Shown: piece by piece, positions 41,792 through 51,330 of the stretch | How positions within the stretch are numbered: the first letter of the stretch is position 1 | Layout: each line of letters starts with the position of its first letter | Assembly (NCBI GenBank): GCA_963814585.1 | Contig: CAWFDF010000008.1 | Coordinates: forward strand, 320,001-384,000 | Direction: 5' to 3' | Origin: an uncultured delta proteobacterium | GTDB lineage: Bacteria > Myxococcota > Myxococcia > Myxococcales > Anaeromyxobacteraceae | DNA length: 64,000 nucleotides | Notes under the pieces: model-generated | Told to the model about the DNA's origin: nothing | Seen by the model: only the letters and a program-made list of their open reading frames with translations | Database searches by the model: none | Program-made: the position numbers and the translations under genes

Positions 41792-42438
41792 TTGGCCGCC
41801 TCCTTCCTGGCACCGGGACGGCGCGACAGCGCCAGCGGGTGGACCTCGTCGTGGCAGTCGATGCAGTTGATCTCGCCCGACCGGATCTGCTCGAGCTCGC
41901 CGGCGTGCTGCTCGACGTAGCGCTTCCCCGTCGTCGAGTGGCACTGCATGCAGGCGTCGCTCTTGAAGGGCTTGTAGAGGTGGATGGCCGGGCCTCCCTC
42001 CCCGTCCGGCCCGGTGTTGGCGTACTCGGTGATGTACTTGAAGAGGTGCCGCATCCCGTTCAGCTTGGTGGTGACGGCACCGAACATCTGGTAGTCGGCG
42101 TGGCAGGTGTAGCAGCTGTTCTCGCCGAACTTGTGGTTCCGGCTGTGGAGCGCCGCCAGGCTGTTCGACTTCGGGTCCTCGGCATCGCGCAGGTACGGGC
42201 CCATCACGTGGCAGGAGCCGCAGAACGGGCGGGTCAGCGTGTACTCGAAGCTGGCGATGTTGCCGGTGAGGGACACGATGAGCGGGAAGGCGCCCAGCCC
42301 GAGCAGCAACATGGACTTGGTGACCCGGTTGAGATGGGGCCGGCGGATGAGGTACCAGGCGCCGATGACGATGGAGAGCGCCGCGCAGGAGAGCGAGATC
42401 GCCTGGAGGAGCTGCTCGGTGGTGTGGATGGAGATCAC
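41788..42438 (-). CDS. NapC/NirT-like membrane-anchored tetraheme cytochrome c
   Basis: Four CXXCH motifs (CGSCH, CYTCH, CMQCH, CIDCH) after two N-terminal TM helices. Confidence 0.88.
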   Translation of the reverse strand: MISIHTTEQLLQAISLSCAALSIVIGAWYLIRRPHLNRVTKSMLLLGLGAFPLIVSLTGNIASFEYTLTRPFCGSCHVMGPYLRDAEDPKSNSLAALHSRNHKFGENSCYTCHADYQMFGAVTTKLNGMRHLFKYITEYANTGPDGEGGPAIHLYKPFKSDACMQCHSTTGKRYVEQHAGELEQIRSGEINCIDCHDEVHPLALSRRPGARKEAAK

Positions 42439-42454
42439 GTGGGTCCCTGGCGCT

Positions 42455-42733
42455 TCACTTCACGACGACGGGTCCCTCGGTGATCTCCGGGGCCCCGGAG
42501 ACCAGGCCGGCGGCGTTGGCCTTCACCCACTCCGCGGCCGCCCGGTCCGACTGGATGATCCCGTCGCGGGTCTCGAACAGGCTCAGCGAGGCCCACCAGC
42601 CCTCGCCCTCGTCGATGGCGATGTAGGAGATGAAGCCGGGGACCTTGCGGATGACGTTGATGAACGAGGAGTTCACCTTCTCGTTGAACTCCTTGGGCTT
42701 GTGGACCTTGTAGCGCCGGATGGTGCCGTACAT
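42455..42733 (-). CDS. Small dimeric alpha-beta barrel (ABM-like) protein
   Basis: MYGTIRRY..IRKVPGFISY..SLSLFET..AAEWVK..PEITEG; GGGAG Shine-Dalgarno. Confidence 0.75.
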   Translation of the reverse strand: MYGTIRRYKVHKPKEFNEKVNSSFINVIRKVPGFISYIAIDEGEGWWASLSLFETRDGIIQSDRAAAEWVKANAAGLVSGAPEITEGPVVVK

Positions 42734-42932
42734 GTGTGCTCCCTGCCGGCGCGCCGCCGGCGACTGGGATGAGGGGGACAGGCGTCCGAAGTGCGACATT
42801 ATGCCCGCCCTTCGGGCTCGCACCATCGGTTCGTAACGAAATCCGGCGGCCCGGTTGACGTGCCGCGTCGTGGCCACGGAGGCGACGCACAGGTCGAGCG
42901 GCTGGTCCCGATCGCCCTGCCGCGGGGAGCCG

Positions 42933-44243
42933 TCACCCCGCGGTGCCTGGACCTCGGGCGGCGACGAGGGCCAGCCGCGCCTTCTCCCGGGCCAGCCACC
43001 ACTCCCAGGCCCGGCTCACCAGCACCATCGCCACCACCATGTTCACCATGGTGGACAGCAGCAGCGGCAGCGCCACGGCGTGCTCCAGCCCCATCAGCCG
43101 GGCGAAGCCTCCGTAGGTCAGCAGGAGCGAGACCATGTAGGCGACCAGCGACTGCCGCCCCAGCACGGAGAGCCAGGCCAGCGGTCTCTCGAGCAGGTCG
43201 GGAAGGAGCTGGAGCACCCCGGTGAGGCCGACGTGGATGGCCAGGCGGGTGAGGAACCAGCTGGGGGCGTTGATCCACCAGAAGACGGGATCGCTCACCG
43301 GCATGGTGACGTACGGGTCGATGAGCCGCCCCACCCCATAGATGACCGCGGCGATCCCCAGCACCAGGAACGGCCTGCTCTTGCCGGTCAGCAGCGGTGC
43401 CATGGTGGCGCCGGCCAGCAGGAAGGCGATCCAGTTGAAGAGCATGAACTGGCTGCGCGGGGGCAGGCCGTAGAGGTACGCGGCGGGGACGTCGAGCAGC
43501 TTCTCGAGCGGGCTGGCCGAGAGCTGCGCCAGGACCGCGGCCTGGTCCCGACCGGCCAGCGCCGCGCCCAGCCAGGGCGTGACGAAGACCACCACCAGGG
43601 CCGCGCCGGCCGTGAGCGCGACGGCGACCTTCCGCGGACGGCCGACGGCGAGCCAGGCCGAGACCATCATGCCGATGGCGATGACGTTGAGGACGTCGAC
43701 CTTGAGGATGTCGTGCCAGCCGTCCCAGCGCCAGGCGCCGCGCCAGAGGAAGGAGACCAGCACCAGCGCCAGCCCGCCCCAGATCGCCAGCCGGGGCCGG
43801 CGCGGGTGCCAGGCCCCCAGCTTCACCGAGAGCGTGAGGCCGAACCCGACCACCGAGAGGACGTCGACGCCCAGCACGTAGGGGATCCCCCAGCCCGGCC
43901 CCCAGGCGCCGCCGAGCACGAAGGAGGTGATCCGGAACAGGTAGGCGATCCCGAGCAGCCAGAGGCCGCGGCCGATGGCCGCCCTCCGCCTGGCCACCGG
44001 GTCGCCCCCCTTGCGCGCCTGGGCCTCGTCGGAGAGGGCCTGGGAGAGCCCGGCCATGTAGATGAAGCCCGGGGCGGCCAGCCCACCGATCCAGGTCAAG
44101 GCGTCGAAGAGCCCCTCGTGGCCCACCCGTCCGCCCGGGACGATCCAGGCGTCGAGGATGTGGAACTGGATCATGAACAGCACGGCCAGGCCGCGCTGCC
44201 AGTCGAGCCAGAGCTTCCGCTTGGGGGGGAGTGGAGGAGTCAC
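42933..44243 (-). CDS. Membrane acyltransferase-like protein (DUF1624 / HGSNAT domain)
   Basis: WLDWQRGLAVLFMIQFH, APGFIYMAG, DVLNVI, LGRQSLVAY; about 11 TM helices. Confidence 0.8.
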   Translation of the reverse strand: MTPPLPPKRKLWLDWQRGLAVLFMIQFHILDAWIVPGGRVGHEGLFDALTWIGGLAAPGFIYMAGLSQALSDEAQARKGGDPVARRRAAIGRGLWLLGIAYLFRITSFVLGGAWGPGWGIPYVLGVDVLSVVGFGLTLSVKLGAWHPRRPRLAIWGGLALVLVSFLWRGAWRWDGWHDILKVDVLNVIAIGMMVSAWLAVGRPRKVAVALTAGAALVVVFVTPWLGAALAGRDQAAVLAQLSASPLEKLLDVPAAYLYGLPPRSQFMLFNWIAFLLAGATMAPLLTGKSRPFLVLGIAAVIYGVGRLIDPYVTMPVSDPVFWWINAPSWFLTRLAIHVGLTGVLQLLPDLLERPLAWLSVLGRQSLVAYMVSLLLTYGGFARLMGLEHAVALPLLLSTMVNMVVAMVLVSRAWEWWLAREKARLALVAARGPGTAG

Positions 44244-44292
44244 GCCGTGGCCTCGAGCCGGCACCTGGCCGGCCCGTGGCCGGGCGGGCCGC

Positions 44293-44514
44293 TCACTTGT
44301 CGCGGTAGGTGATCCGCCCGCGGGTGAGGTCGTAGGGGGAGAGCTCGAGCTTGACGCGATCGCCCGGGATGATGCGGATGTGGAACTTCTTCATCTTGCC
44401 CGAGGCATAGGCGAGGACGATGGGCCCCTGATCGACCTTGACCCGGTACATGCCGCCGGCCAGGGCCTCGTCGACCATGCCCTGGACCTCGATGTTCGCT
44501 TCCTTCTCGCTCAC
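44293..44514 (-). CDS. infA: Translation initiation factor IF-1
   Basis: [52 protein letters not shown] start. Confidence 0.97.
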   Translation of the reverse strand: MSEKEANIEVQGMVDEALAGGMYRVKVDQGPIVLAYASGKMKKFHIRIIPGDRVKLELSPYDLTRGRITYRDK

Positions 44515-44728
44515 TCGAACTACCCCTTCCGTCGCCGGCCCGGATGATCCCGGGGTCCCGTCCTGCCAGGCGCGCCACCCGTGAAGGCGGAGGCGCTCGA
44601 GGCCTTGGTGCGCGCACTCTTTACTACGAGCAGGTGACACCGGCCAAGGACCCGGGGGGATTCGGCTCGGCCCGCTGGTCCCTCCTTCGGGGGATGAGCT
44701 CGAGTGACGGTCAGCCGCCGCGCCCGGG

Positions 44729-45148
44729 TCACCCTCCCGACGCGGTGCGGAGCGACGCCGCCCGCTCGGCCACCGCCCCGTCGCCCTCGGCCAGGTGCTC
44801 GAGCAGCTCCAGCCCACGGTTCCTGTCCTCCGGGAACGGCAGGAGCCCCTCGGCCCGGGCCAGCTGGGCCTCCGGCGCCGCCGGCGCCAGGACGCCGGCC
44901 ACCTCGGCACAGAACCGGGCCGCCAGCGGCTGGCCGAGCGACCGGTGGACCCGCGCCAGCAGGATCCAGCCGCGTGCGTCCTTGGGGTTGGTCACCACCA
45001 ACCCCTCGAGGATGGTCCGGGCCGCCTCGGCGCGCCCGGCCGACAGCTCCACCTCGGCGATCCCGGCGATGGCTCCACCCAGCTCCTCGGTGAGCCCCAC
45101 CGCCTCGGCCAGCGTCGCCTCCTCCCGCCCGCTCGCGCGCGTCTCCAT
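44729..45148 (-). CDS. Small TPR protein, SycD/LcrH-type chaperone-like
   Basis: 139 aa; [10 protein letters not shown] followed by [35 protein letters not shown] and AQLARAE.L TPR helices. Confidence 0.65.
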   Translation of the reverse strand: METRASGREEATLAEAVGLTEELGGAIAGIAEVELSAGRAEAARTILEGLVVTNPKDARGWILLARVHRSLGQPLAARFCAEVAGVLAPAAPEAQLARAEGLLPFPEDRNRGLELLEHLAEGDGAVAERAASLRTASGG

Positions 45149-45156
45149 GGCGGGCC

Positions 45157-46074
45157 TCACCGGACGTTGCCGACGATCGCCATGCGCGTGTCGTGCTGCG
45201 CGCGCAGGATGTTGCTGACCATCGCGAACATCTCCTTCTGCTTGTCGATCAGCCGCTGCAGCTCCATGAGCTGCACCTGCTCGTTCTTGGCGGTGGAGGA
45301 CGACGTGGCCGCCGCCGTGGACGACGCCCCGGACGTGCTCGCCCCGTCCGCCGCGGCGGCCGCCTCGCCGCCGCCCAGCTTCCCGTTCATGATGGCCGAG
45401 GCCAGGTCCGGGCCGGCCTTCAGGGCCAGGGGCGCCAGCGCCGGCATCCCCAGCGCCGTCACCGCGGCGGCCAGCACCGGCCCCGACACCTGCGTGATCA
45501 TCGCCTTGAGCTTGGCGTCGCCGACCAGCTGCGCCGCCAGGCCGAGCGGCGGGATCAGCGCCTTCAACGCACTCCAGACGCTGGTCGCGGCCGGCTTCTT
45601 GGCGCCGCTCGACGAGCTGGATCCCGCCGCTCCCGCGGCCGTCCCGCCCTTCATCTCGTTCATCTTCTTCAGCACCTCGTCGTCGTTCCGCCTGGCGACG
45701 GCGCACATGAACTGGAAGAGCTTCTCCTCCACCGACAGCTTCGGATCCTTCAAGAAGGCGAAGCCGTCGCTGGCGGCCGCCTTGGCGTAGCCGCTCGACG
45801 CCGACGTGGTCGTGCCTCCGGTGGTCCTGGCGGTGGTCTTGGTGGTGCTCTTGGCGCCGCTCGCGCCGCTGGCCTTGGCGCCCTTGGTGGCGGCGCCCTT
45901 GGCGCTGGCGGTGCCGGCGTCGAGCATGGCGGTGAGGGCGTCGGGGGTGCGGGCACTGGCCAGGCCCCCGGCCGCTCCGGGGGCCCGGCCGGTCGAGGGC
46001 TTCGAGGTGGTGGCCGGGTCGAGCCCGGCGGTGAGCGTGACCGCGGCGCTGGTGACGGAAGAGAGCAGGTCCAT
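45157..46074 (-). CDS. Hypothetical protein resembling a type III secretion translocator/axial substrate
   Basis: AGGAGG Shine-Dalgarno; no signal peptide; S/T/A/G-rich N-terminus, central hydrophobic segment, C-terminal amphipathic helix ELQRLIDKQKEMFAMVSNILRAQHDTRMAIVGNVR. The CDS is well supported; the function is inferred. Confidence 0.6.
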   Translation of the reverse strand: MDLLSSVTSAAVTLTAGLDPATTSKPSTGRAPGAAGGLASARTPDALTAMLDAGTASAKGAATKGAKASGASGAKSTTKTTARTTGGTTTSASSGYAKAAASDGFAFLKDPKLSVEEKLFQFMCAVARRNDDEVLKKMNEMKGGTAAGAAGSSSSSGAKKPAATSVWSALKALIPPLGLAAQLVGDAKLKAMITQVSGPVLAAAVTALGMPALAPLALKAGPDLASAIMNGKLGGGEAAAAADGASTSGASSTAAATSSSTAKNEQVQLMELQRLIDKQKEMFAMVSNILRAQHDTRMAIVGNVR

Positions 46075-46114
46075 GTGGTTCCCTCCTGGGAAGTGGGCGT
46101 TGCCGACCCGCCAG

Positions 46115-46130
46115 AGCGCGAGCCGTGCCA
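46115..46130 (-). promoter_or_regulatory. Putative sigma54 (-24/-12) promoter
   Basis: TGGCACGGCTCGCGCT matches TGGCACG-N4-nnGCW with correct GG/GC spacing, 40 nt before ATG 46074. Confidence 0.5.
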
Positions 46131-46220
46131 TCCGGCGATTCCAGCGACTCCGCGAGGTTGGGCTCCCGCCACGAGCCGCGGCCGGTCCGCGAGGCCGCCG
46201 CCGGTCCGCGAATCGACCGA

Positions 46221-46249
46221 TTGACGGCACGGGGCCCGACCCCTAGATT
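46221..46249 (+). promoter_or_regulatory. Putative sigma70 promoter of ruvX-mltG (near-leaderless)
   Basis: TTGACG-17 bp-TAGATT, 8 nt before ATG 46258, no Shine-Dalgarno. Confidence 0.65.
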
Positions 46250-46257
46250 CGGCCGCC

Positions 46258-46671
46258 ATGCGCTACCTCGGCCTCGACGTGGGCCGCGCGCGGATCGGGC
46301 TGGCACTGGCCGACGACGTGCTGCGGACCGCCCGGGCACACCGCACCGTTCCCCGCCGTGGCGACGTCGCCGACCTCGACGCCATCGCCGGGGTGGCCGC
46401 CGAGTTCGAGGTGACGCGCGCCGTGGTCGGCCTGCCGCTCAACATGGACGGGACCGAGGGTGCCTCGGCGCGGATGGCCAGGGCCTTCGCCGCCGGCCTG
46501 GCGTCGAGGCTCGGGATCCCGGTCGTGCTCCACGACGAGCGGCTCTCCACCTTCGAGGCCTCGACGCGGCTGCGCGAGCAGGGCCTGTCGGCGCGAGACC
46601 AGAAGGGCGTCATCGACGCCGAGGCGGCCGCGGTCATCCTGCAGGGATGGCTGGACGGGAGGACGGCGTGA
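46258..46671 (+). CDS. ruvX: Holliday junction resolvase-like / pre-16S rRNA nuclease YqgF
   Basis: YLGLDVGRARIGLA, VVGLPLNMDG, DERLST, IDAEAAAVILQ. Confidence 0.95.
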   Translation: MRYLGLDVGRARIGLALADDVLRTARAHRTVPRRGDVADLDAIAGVAAEFEVTRAVVGLPLNMDGTEGASARMARAFAAGLASRLGIPVVLHDERLSTFEASTRLREQGLSARDQKGVIDAEAAAVILQGWLDGRTA

Positions 46672-47714
46672 GGCGGGTGCTCCGGGCCGTGCTGGCCCTG
46701 CTGGCGGCCGTGCTGCTCGTCGCCGGCGTCGCCGCCGTCCTGCTCTGGCGGCAGGTCGACACGTTCCGCGCCGCGCCCTTCGGGTCCGCCGAGGAGAAGG
46801 TGGTCGAGGTGCCGCCCGGCGCCTCGCCCCGCGCGGTGATCAAGGCCCTGGCCCGGGCGGGCGTCCTCGCCGACGCCGAGCTGGCGTGGCGCCTGGTCCG
46901 CTTCGTGAAGCGCGACCCCCGGCAGTTCAAGGCCGGCGAGTACGCCTTCGCCGGCCCGCTCACCCCGGACGAGGTGCTGGAGCGGATCTCCAGGGGCGAG
47001 GTCCGGCTCTACCGCTTCACCGTGCCCGAGGGGATCCGGCTCGATGACATCGCCGAGATCGTCGGGCGCAGCGGCCTGGCCTCCGCCGAGAACTTCCTGC
47101 TGCTGGCCCACTCCACCGCCGAGGCCCACGCCCTGGGCGTCCCCGCCGACACCCTCGAGGGCTACCTCTTCCCGGACACCTACGCCTTCGCGCGCGGCGT
47201 GACCGCCCGGCAGATCCTCGAGGCCATGGTGCGCCGCGCCCACCTCGAGTACGAGAAGGCCGACGCCCTTCGCTCGCCCGAGGTGAAGCTGGACCGCGCC
47301 GAGACCATGACGCTGGCCTCGATCATCGAGAAGGAGACCGGCCAGGCGGCGGAGCGGACCCGCATCAGCTGCGTCTTCCACAACCGGCTGGCGCGCCGCA
47401 TCCCGCTGGCCACCGATCCGACCGTGATGTACGCCACCTACCTGCGCACCGGCCGCTGGTCGAGGAACATCAGCCGCGCCGATCTGCGCGCGCCGCACCC
47501 CTACAACACCTACCTGCTGCCGGGGCTGCCCCCCGGGCCCATCGCCAGCCCGGGCGCGGCGGCCATCCAGGCGGCCCTCGCCCCCTCGGCCTGCACCGAC
47601 CTCTTCTTCGTCTCCCGCAACGACGGCACCCACGTCTTCTGCCCCGACCTGGCCTGCCACGAGCGGGCGGTGAAGGAGTGGCAGGTGGAGTACTTCAGGC
47701 GCAAGAGGAACTGA
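46668..47714 (+). CDS. mltG: Endolytic murein transglycosylase
   Basis: KAGEY, TVPEG, LEGYLFPDTY, LASIIEKET, PYNTY..GLPPGPIASPG; GTGA overlap with ruvX. Confidence 0.95.
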   Translation: MRRVLRAVLALLAAVLLVAGVAAVLLWRQVDTFRAAPFGSAEEKVVEVPPGASPRAVIKALARAGVLADAELAWRLVRFVKRDPRQFKAGEYAFAGPLTPDEVLERISRGEVRLYRFTVPEGIRLDDIAEIVGRSGLASAENFLLLAHSTAEAHALGVPADTLEGYLFPDTYAFARGVTARQILEAMVRRAHLEYEKADALRSPEVKLDRAETMTLASIIEKETGQAAERTRISCVFHNRLARRIPLATDPTVMYATYLRTGRWSRNISRADLRAPHPYNTYLLPGLPPGPIASPGAAAIQAALAPSACTDLFFVSRNDGTHVFCPDLACHERAVKEWQVEYFRRKRN

Positions 47715-47778
47715 GCCCGACGCCGACGGTCCGCCGGCCGCTTGGGAGCGCCGATCGACCGTGGTAGCTTCCGCGCGC

Positions 47779-49125
47779 ATGTTCGACGAGGCCCGCACCC
47801 CCCGCCGCCGCACCACCCTCCTCGCCTGGATGCTCGGGCTGGGCGCGTTCGGCGGCCTGTTCTGGTACGGGACCGTCGGCCATCACGCCCCGGTCCCGGT
47901 GGCGCCGGCGCCACCACCGCCGCGGCCGCCTCCGCCGCCGCCGCCCCCGGAGCGGTTCGAGATCACCACCATCCGGCTCGGCCGCGACCAGACGCTCGGG
48001 CAGGTCCTGCCGAAGCTCAAGCTGACGGGCGCCGAGGGCGCCGCCGTGGTCGGCGCGCTCGACCGTCACTTCCCGGCGCGCAAGGCCCGCACCGGGGACC
48101 AGCTGATCGTGGAGCGGCGCGCCGGCGATCCGGCCCTGTTCCGCCTCACCTACCGCCAGGGCCGGGCCGAGGAGTACGTGGTGTCCCGCCACGCCAGCGG
48201 CGCCTGGGAGGCCACCCGGCGCCCGGTGGAGCTGGTCACCGAGGTGGCGCGAGTCAGCGTCGAGGTGAGGGACTCGCTCTACCTGTCGCTGCGCGACACC
48301 GACGAGGACCCTAGCCTGGCGGTGCTCGCCTCCGACGTGCTGGCCTGGGACGTCGACTTCTACCGGGACGTCCGTGGCGGTGACCGGATGACGGTCCTGG
48401 TCGAGAAGGTCATCGCCGACGGGCGGCTGCTGCGCTACGGCGAGATCCAGGCCGTCGAGTACCAGGGCAAGACGGCGGGGACCCGGCGGCTCTTCCGCTG
48501 GACCGCGCCCGACGGCCAGACCAGCTACTTCGACGACGAGGGGCAGAGCGCCCGCCGTGGCTTCCTGAAGGCGCCGCTCCAGTACAGCCACGTCACCTCG
48601 GGCTTCGGCAACCGGAGCCACCCGCTGCTCGGCTACCAGGCGGCCCACATGGGCGTCGACTACGGCGCCCCCCCGGGCACGCCGGTGTGGGCGGTGGGCG
48701 ACGGCGTGGTGAGGCAGGCGGGCTGGAACGGCGGCTGCGGACTCTCGGTCACCCTCCGCCACCGCAACGGGCTGGAGACGCTCTACTGCCACCTGTCGGC
48801 GATCTCCGTCGCGGCCGGCAAGCCCGTCGCGCAGAAGCAGCGCATCGGCGCCGTCGGCTCGACCGGCCTCTCCACCGGCCCGCACCTCCACTACGCGGTG
48901 CTCCGGGGCGGGGCCTACATCAACCCGACCCAGCTCAAGGTGCCGCGCGACTCGCCGGTGCGCGCCGCGTGGCTCCCGGGCTTCCAGGACGACATCGCGC
49001 CCCTGCGGACCCGGCTCGACGGGGTGGCGGTGGCGAGCATGGCGCCGGCGGCCGCGCCACCGGCCATGGCCCCCGCCCGGGCCGCGCCTACCGGCGACGG
49101 CGGCGGCGCGCCCGCTCTGCGGTGA
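47779..49125 (+). CDS. M23 family peptidoglycan DD-endopeptidase
   Basis: HMGVDYG (HxxxD), TLYCHLS, TGLSTGPHLHY (HxH); N-terminal TM. Confidence 0.93.
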   Translation: MFDEARTPRRRTTLLAWMLGLGAFGGLFWYGTVGHHAPVPVAPAPPPPRPPPPPPPPERFEITTIRLGRDQTLGQVLPKLKLTGAEGAAVVGALDRHFPARKARTGDQLIVERRAGDPALFRLTYRQGRAEEYVVSRHASGAWEATRRPVELVTEVARVSVEVRDSLYLSLRDTDEDPSLAVLASDVLAWDVDFYRDVRGGDRMTVLVEKVIADGRLLRYGEIQAVEYQGKTAGTRRLFRWTAPDGQTSYFDDEGQSARRGFLKAPLQYSHVTSGFGNRSHPLLGYQAAHMGVDYGAPPGTPVWAVGDGVVRQAGWNGGCGLSVTLRHRNGLETLYCHLSAISVAAGKPVAQKQRIGAVGSTGLSTGPHLHYAVLRGGAYINPTQLKVPRDSPVRAAWLPGFQDDIAPLRTRLDGVAVASMAPAAAPPAMAPARAAPTGDGGGAPALR

Positions 49126-51130
49126 GCGGCTTCTCGCCGACCACCTTCCCGTTCAGCGCCGTCACCAGCGGATCCACCGCCTCTGGAGCCACCTCGACGA
49201 AGGTGTGGCTGCGGCGCAGCTCGATCAGCAGCAGCTCGGTGCCCGGCACGCTGCTGGCCACCAGCTCGCGGACCCTGGCCTCGTCGGCGCCGCCCTCCTC
49301 GCCCCAGGAGATGAAGACCCGTCCACGGGAGGGCTTCGGCTCGCTGGCCTCGCTCCGGCCGGCGGCCTCGAGCTCCGGCGACGGCTCGCGCTCCGCCGAC
49401 ACCTCGCGCGCCGGGGGCTGGCGGTCGGGTGCCGGGGTGCGCTCGTGCGCATCCTCCAGCGTGGCCGAGACCTCCACGGATGGGATGCCGGAGAGATCGG
49501 CCTCCGGCCGATCGACCCGGGCCGGGCGCGGCGGACGCGGACGATCCTCGCGCGGACGGTCCTCGCGGGTCGGGCGGGTCTCGCGGGGTCGATCCTCGCG
49601 GGCGCGATCCGGCCGGGGCCGATCCTCGCCGTCACGCCGCGGCCCGCGGTCGCGCTCGCCACGCCGGCCGTCGCGGGGGCCCCGGCTCTCGCGCTCCCGG
49701 TCCTTGACGAAGCTCTTCTCCAGCAGCTCCTTCCGCTCGTGCTCCACCCGCTTGTGCTCGGCCTTCTGCAGGTCGGTCATCTTCTCGATGCGGTGGTGCT
49801 GGAAGAAGTACTTGAGCGCGAAGGCCGTGAGGTAGTCGCCGTCGGGGCGCCCCTTGAGCTGCTGCGCCAGCGGAATGTAGGCCTCGAAGATCGAGGCGCT
49901 CATCGCCTCCTTCAGCTCGGCCACGTGGCGCTCGGTCCAGCGGCCCTTGGCCTCCTCCGGGGTCGGCAGCTTGCGCTCCTCGAAGTCGATGCTGAACTTC
50001 TTCTGCAGGGCCGAGAGGGTCATGATCTCGGCGCCGGAGACCAGCGAGAGGCTGGTGCCCTTCTTGCCGATGCGGCCGGTGCGGCCGACCCGGTGCATGA
50101 AGACCGAGGGGTCCTCCGGCAGCGAGTAGTTCACCACGTGCGACAGGTCGGAGATGTCGATGCCGCGCGCCGCGATGTCGGTGGCCACCATGAAGCGGAC
50201 CTCGCCGCGCTTCACCTTGGCCATCACCCGCTCGCGCTCCTTCTGCGGCAGGTCGCCGTTGAGCAGCTCGGCGTCGTAGCCGTTCCGGTTCAGGACGGCG
50301 CAGACCAGCGAGGTGTCGCTGCGGGTGTTGCAGAAGACGATGGCCGTCTCCGGCTCCTCCTGCTCGATCATGTACAGCAGGTTGCGCGGCTTCGGGTAGG
50401 CGTCGACCGTGTGGTAGAGCACGTTGTGGATGTTGTCGACGCGGTACTCGTCCCCGGAGAGCAGGATGGTCTCCGGCGCGGTCAGGTACTGGCGGATGAT
50501 CTGCTCGATGTCGGCCGGCACGGTGGCCGAGAAGAGCAGCTGCTGGCAGGTGTCGGGCAAGTGGTCGAGGATGCGGGTGACCTCCTCGAAGAAGCCCATG
50601 TTGAGCATCTCGTCGGCCTCGTCCAGCACCGAGACCACGCACTCGTCCAGGACCAGGGTCTTGCGCCGGATGTGGTCGAAGACGCGGCCCGGCGTGCCGA
50701 CCACGATCTCGGCCCCCGCCTTGAGCTTGTCGAGCTGCTCGCCCATGGAGGCGCCGCCGTAGATGGCCACCACCGAGAGGTCACGGTGCCTGGCCAGGGC
50801 CTCGAACTCCTGCGCCACCTGGATGGCCAGCTCGCGGGTCGGGCACATCACCAGCACCGAGGGCTTGCGCCGGGCGTCGGGGATCCGCTCCAGGATGGGG
50901 ATGGCGAAGGCGGCGGTCTTGCCGGTGCCGGTCTTGGACCGGACGATGACGTCCTTGCCGTCGCGGACCGGGCGGAAGGTGCGGGACTGGACCGGGGTCG
51001 GCTTGGTGTAGCCGTGCTCGGCGATGGCGCGGCGGAGGGGCTCCGCCAGGTTCATCTCGTCGAAGGAAGCGTCCGAGACGTAATCGGACGCCGTCGAGGC
51101 CAGGGCCTCGGGCTGCTGCTCGTTCTCCAT
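49088..51130 (-). CDS. deaD: DEAD-box RNA helicase (DeaD/CsdA-like)
   Basis: KTGTGKT, PTRELA, GTPGR, LDEADEM, FSAT, ARGID, HRVGRTGR; RE/RP-rich linker and C-terminal DbpA-like RNA-binding domain. Confidence 0.92.
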   Translation of the reverse strand: MENEQQPEALASTASDYVSDASFDEMNLAEPLRRAIAEHGYTKPTPVQSRTFRPVRDGKDVIVRSKTGTGKTAAFAIPILERIPDARRKPSVLVMCPTRELAIQVAQEFEALARHRDLSVVAIYGGASMGEQLDKLKAGAEIVVGTPGRVFDHIRRKTLVLDECVVSVLDEADEMLNMGFFEEVTRILDHLPDTCQQLLFSATVPADIEQIIRQYLTAPETILLSGDEYRVDNIHNVLYHTVDAYPKPRNLLYMIEQEEPETAIVFCNTRSDTSLVCAVLNRNGYDAELLNGDLPQKERERVMAKVKRGEVRFMVATDIAARGIDISDLSHVVNYSLPEDPSVFMHRVGRTGRIGKKGTSLSLVSGAEIMTLSALQKKFSIDFEERKLPTPEEAKGRWTERHVAELKEAMSASIFEAYIPLAQQLKGRPDGDYLTAFALKYFFQHHRIEKMTDLQKAEHKRVEHERKELLEKSFVKDRERESRGPRDGRRGERDRGPRRDGEDRPRPDRAREDRPRETRPTREDRPREDRPRPPRPARVDRPEADLSGIPSVEVSATLEDAHERTPAPDRQPPAREVSAEREPSPELEAAGRSEASEPKPSRGRVFISWGEEGGADEARVRELVASSVPGTELLLIELRRSHTFVEVAPEAVDPLVTALNGKVVGEKPLTAERARRRRRR

Positions 51131-51330
51131 GTCACCACTCGCTTCGTTGAGTGGCGCATGGCGGCTTCGCCCGTTCCGCGAGGGCCTCGGTCCGCCCGAG
51201 GGGACCGGAGACCACGCCGCACTTGCGAGCACCGCCATGCGCCGGTGGTCCTCCCGCGGCTTGCACGGGAGGCGGGCCACCTTGTATCACAGCGGCGGGG
51301 GCAGGCAGAAGTCCGCGGCCTTCCACGCCC

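Noticed and set aside
42790..42845. Possible structured RNA or operator upstream of the ABM-like gene (GTGCGA..TCGCAC; TTCGTAACGAA)
   Set aside because: Stems are short, match no riboswitch I recognise, and could arise by chance or simply be promoter sequence.
49500..49700. Repeated GATCCTCGCG-like units in deaD
   Set aside because: Coding REDRP low-complexity linker, typical of DEAD-box helicase tails.
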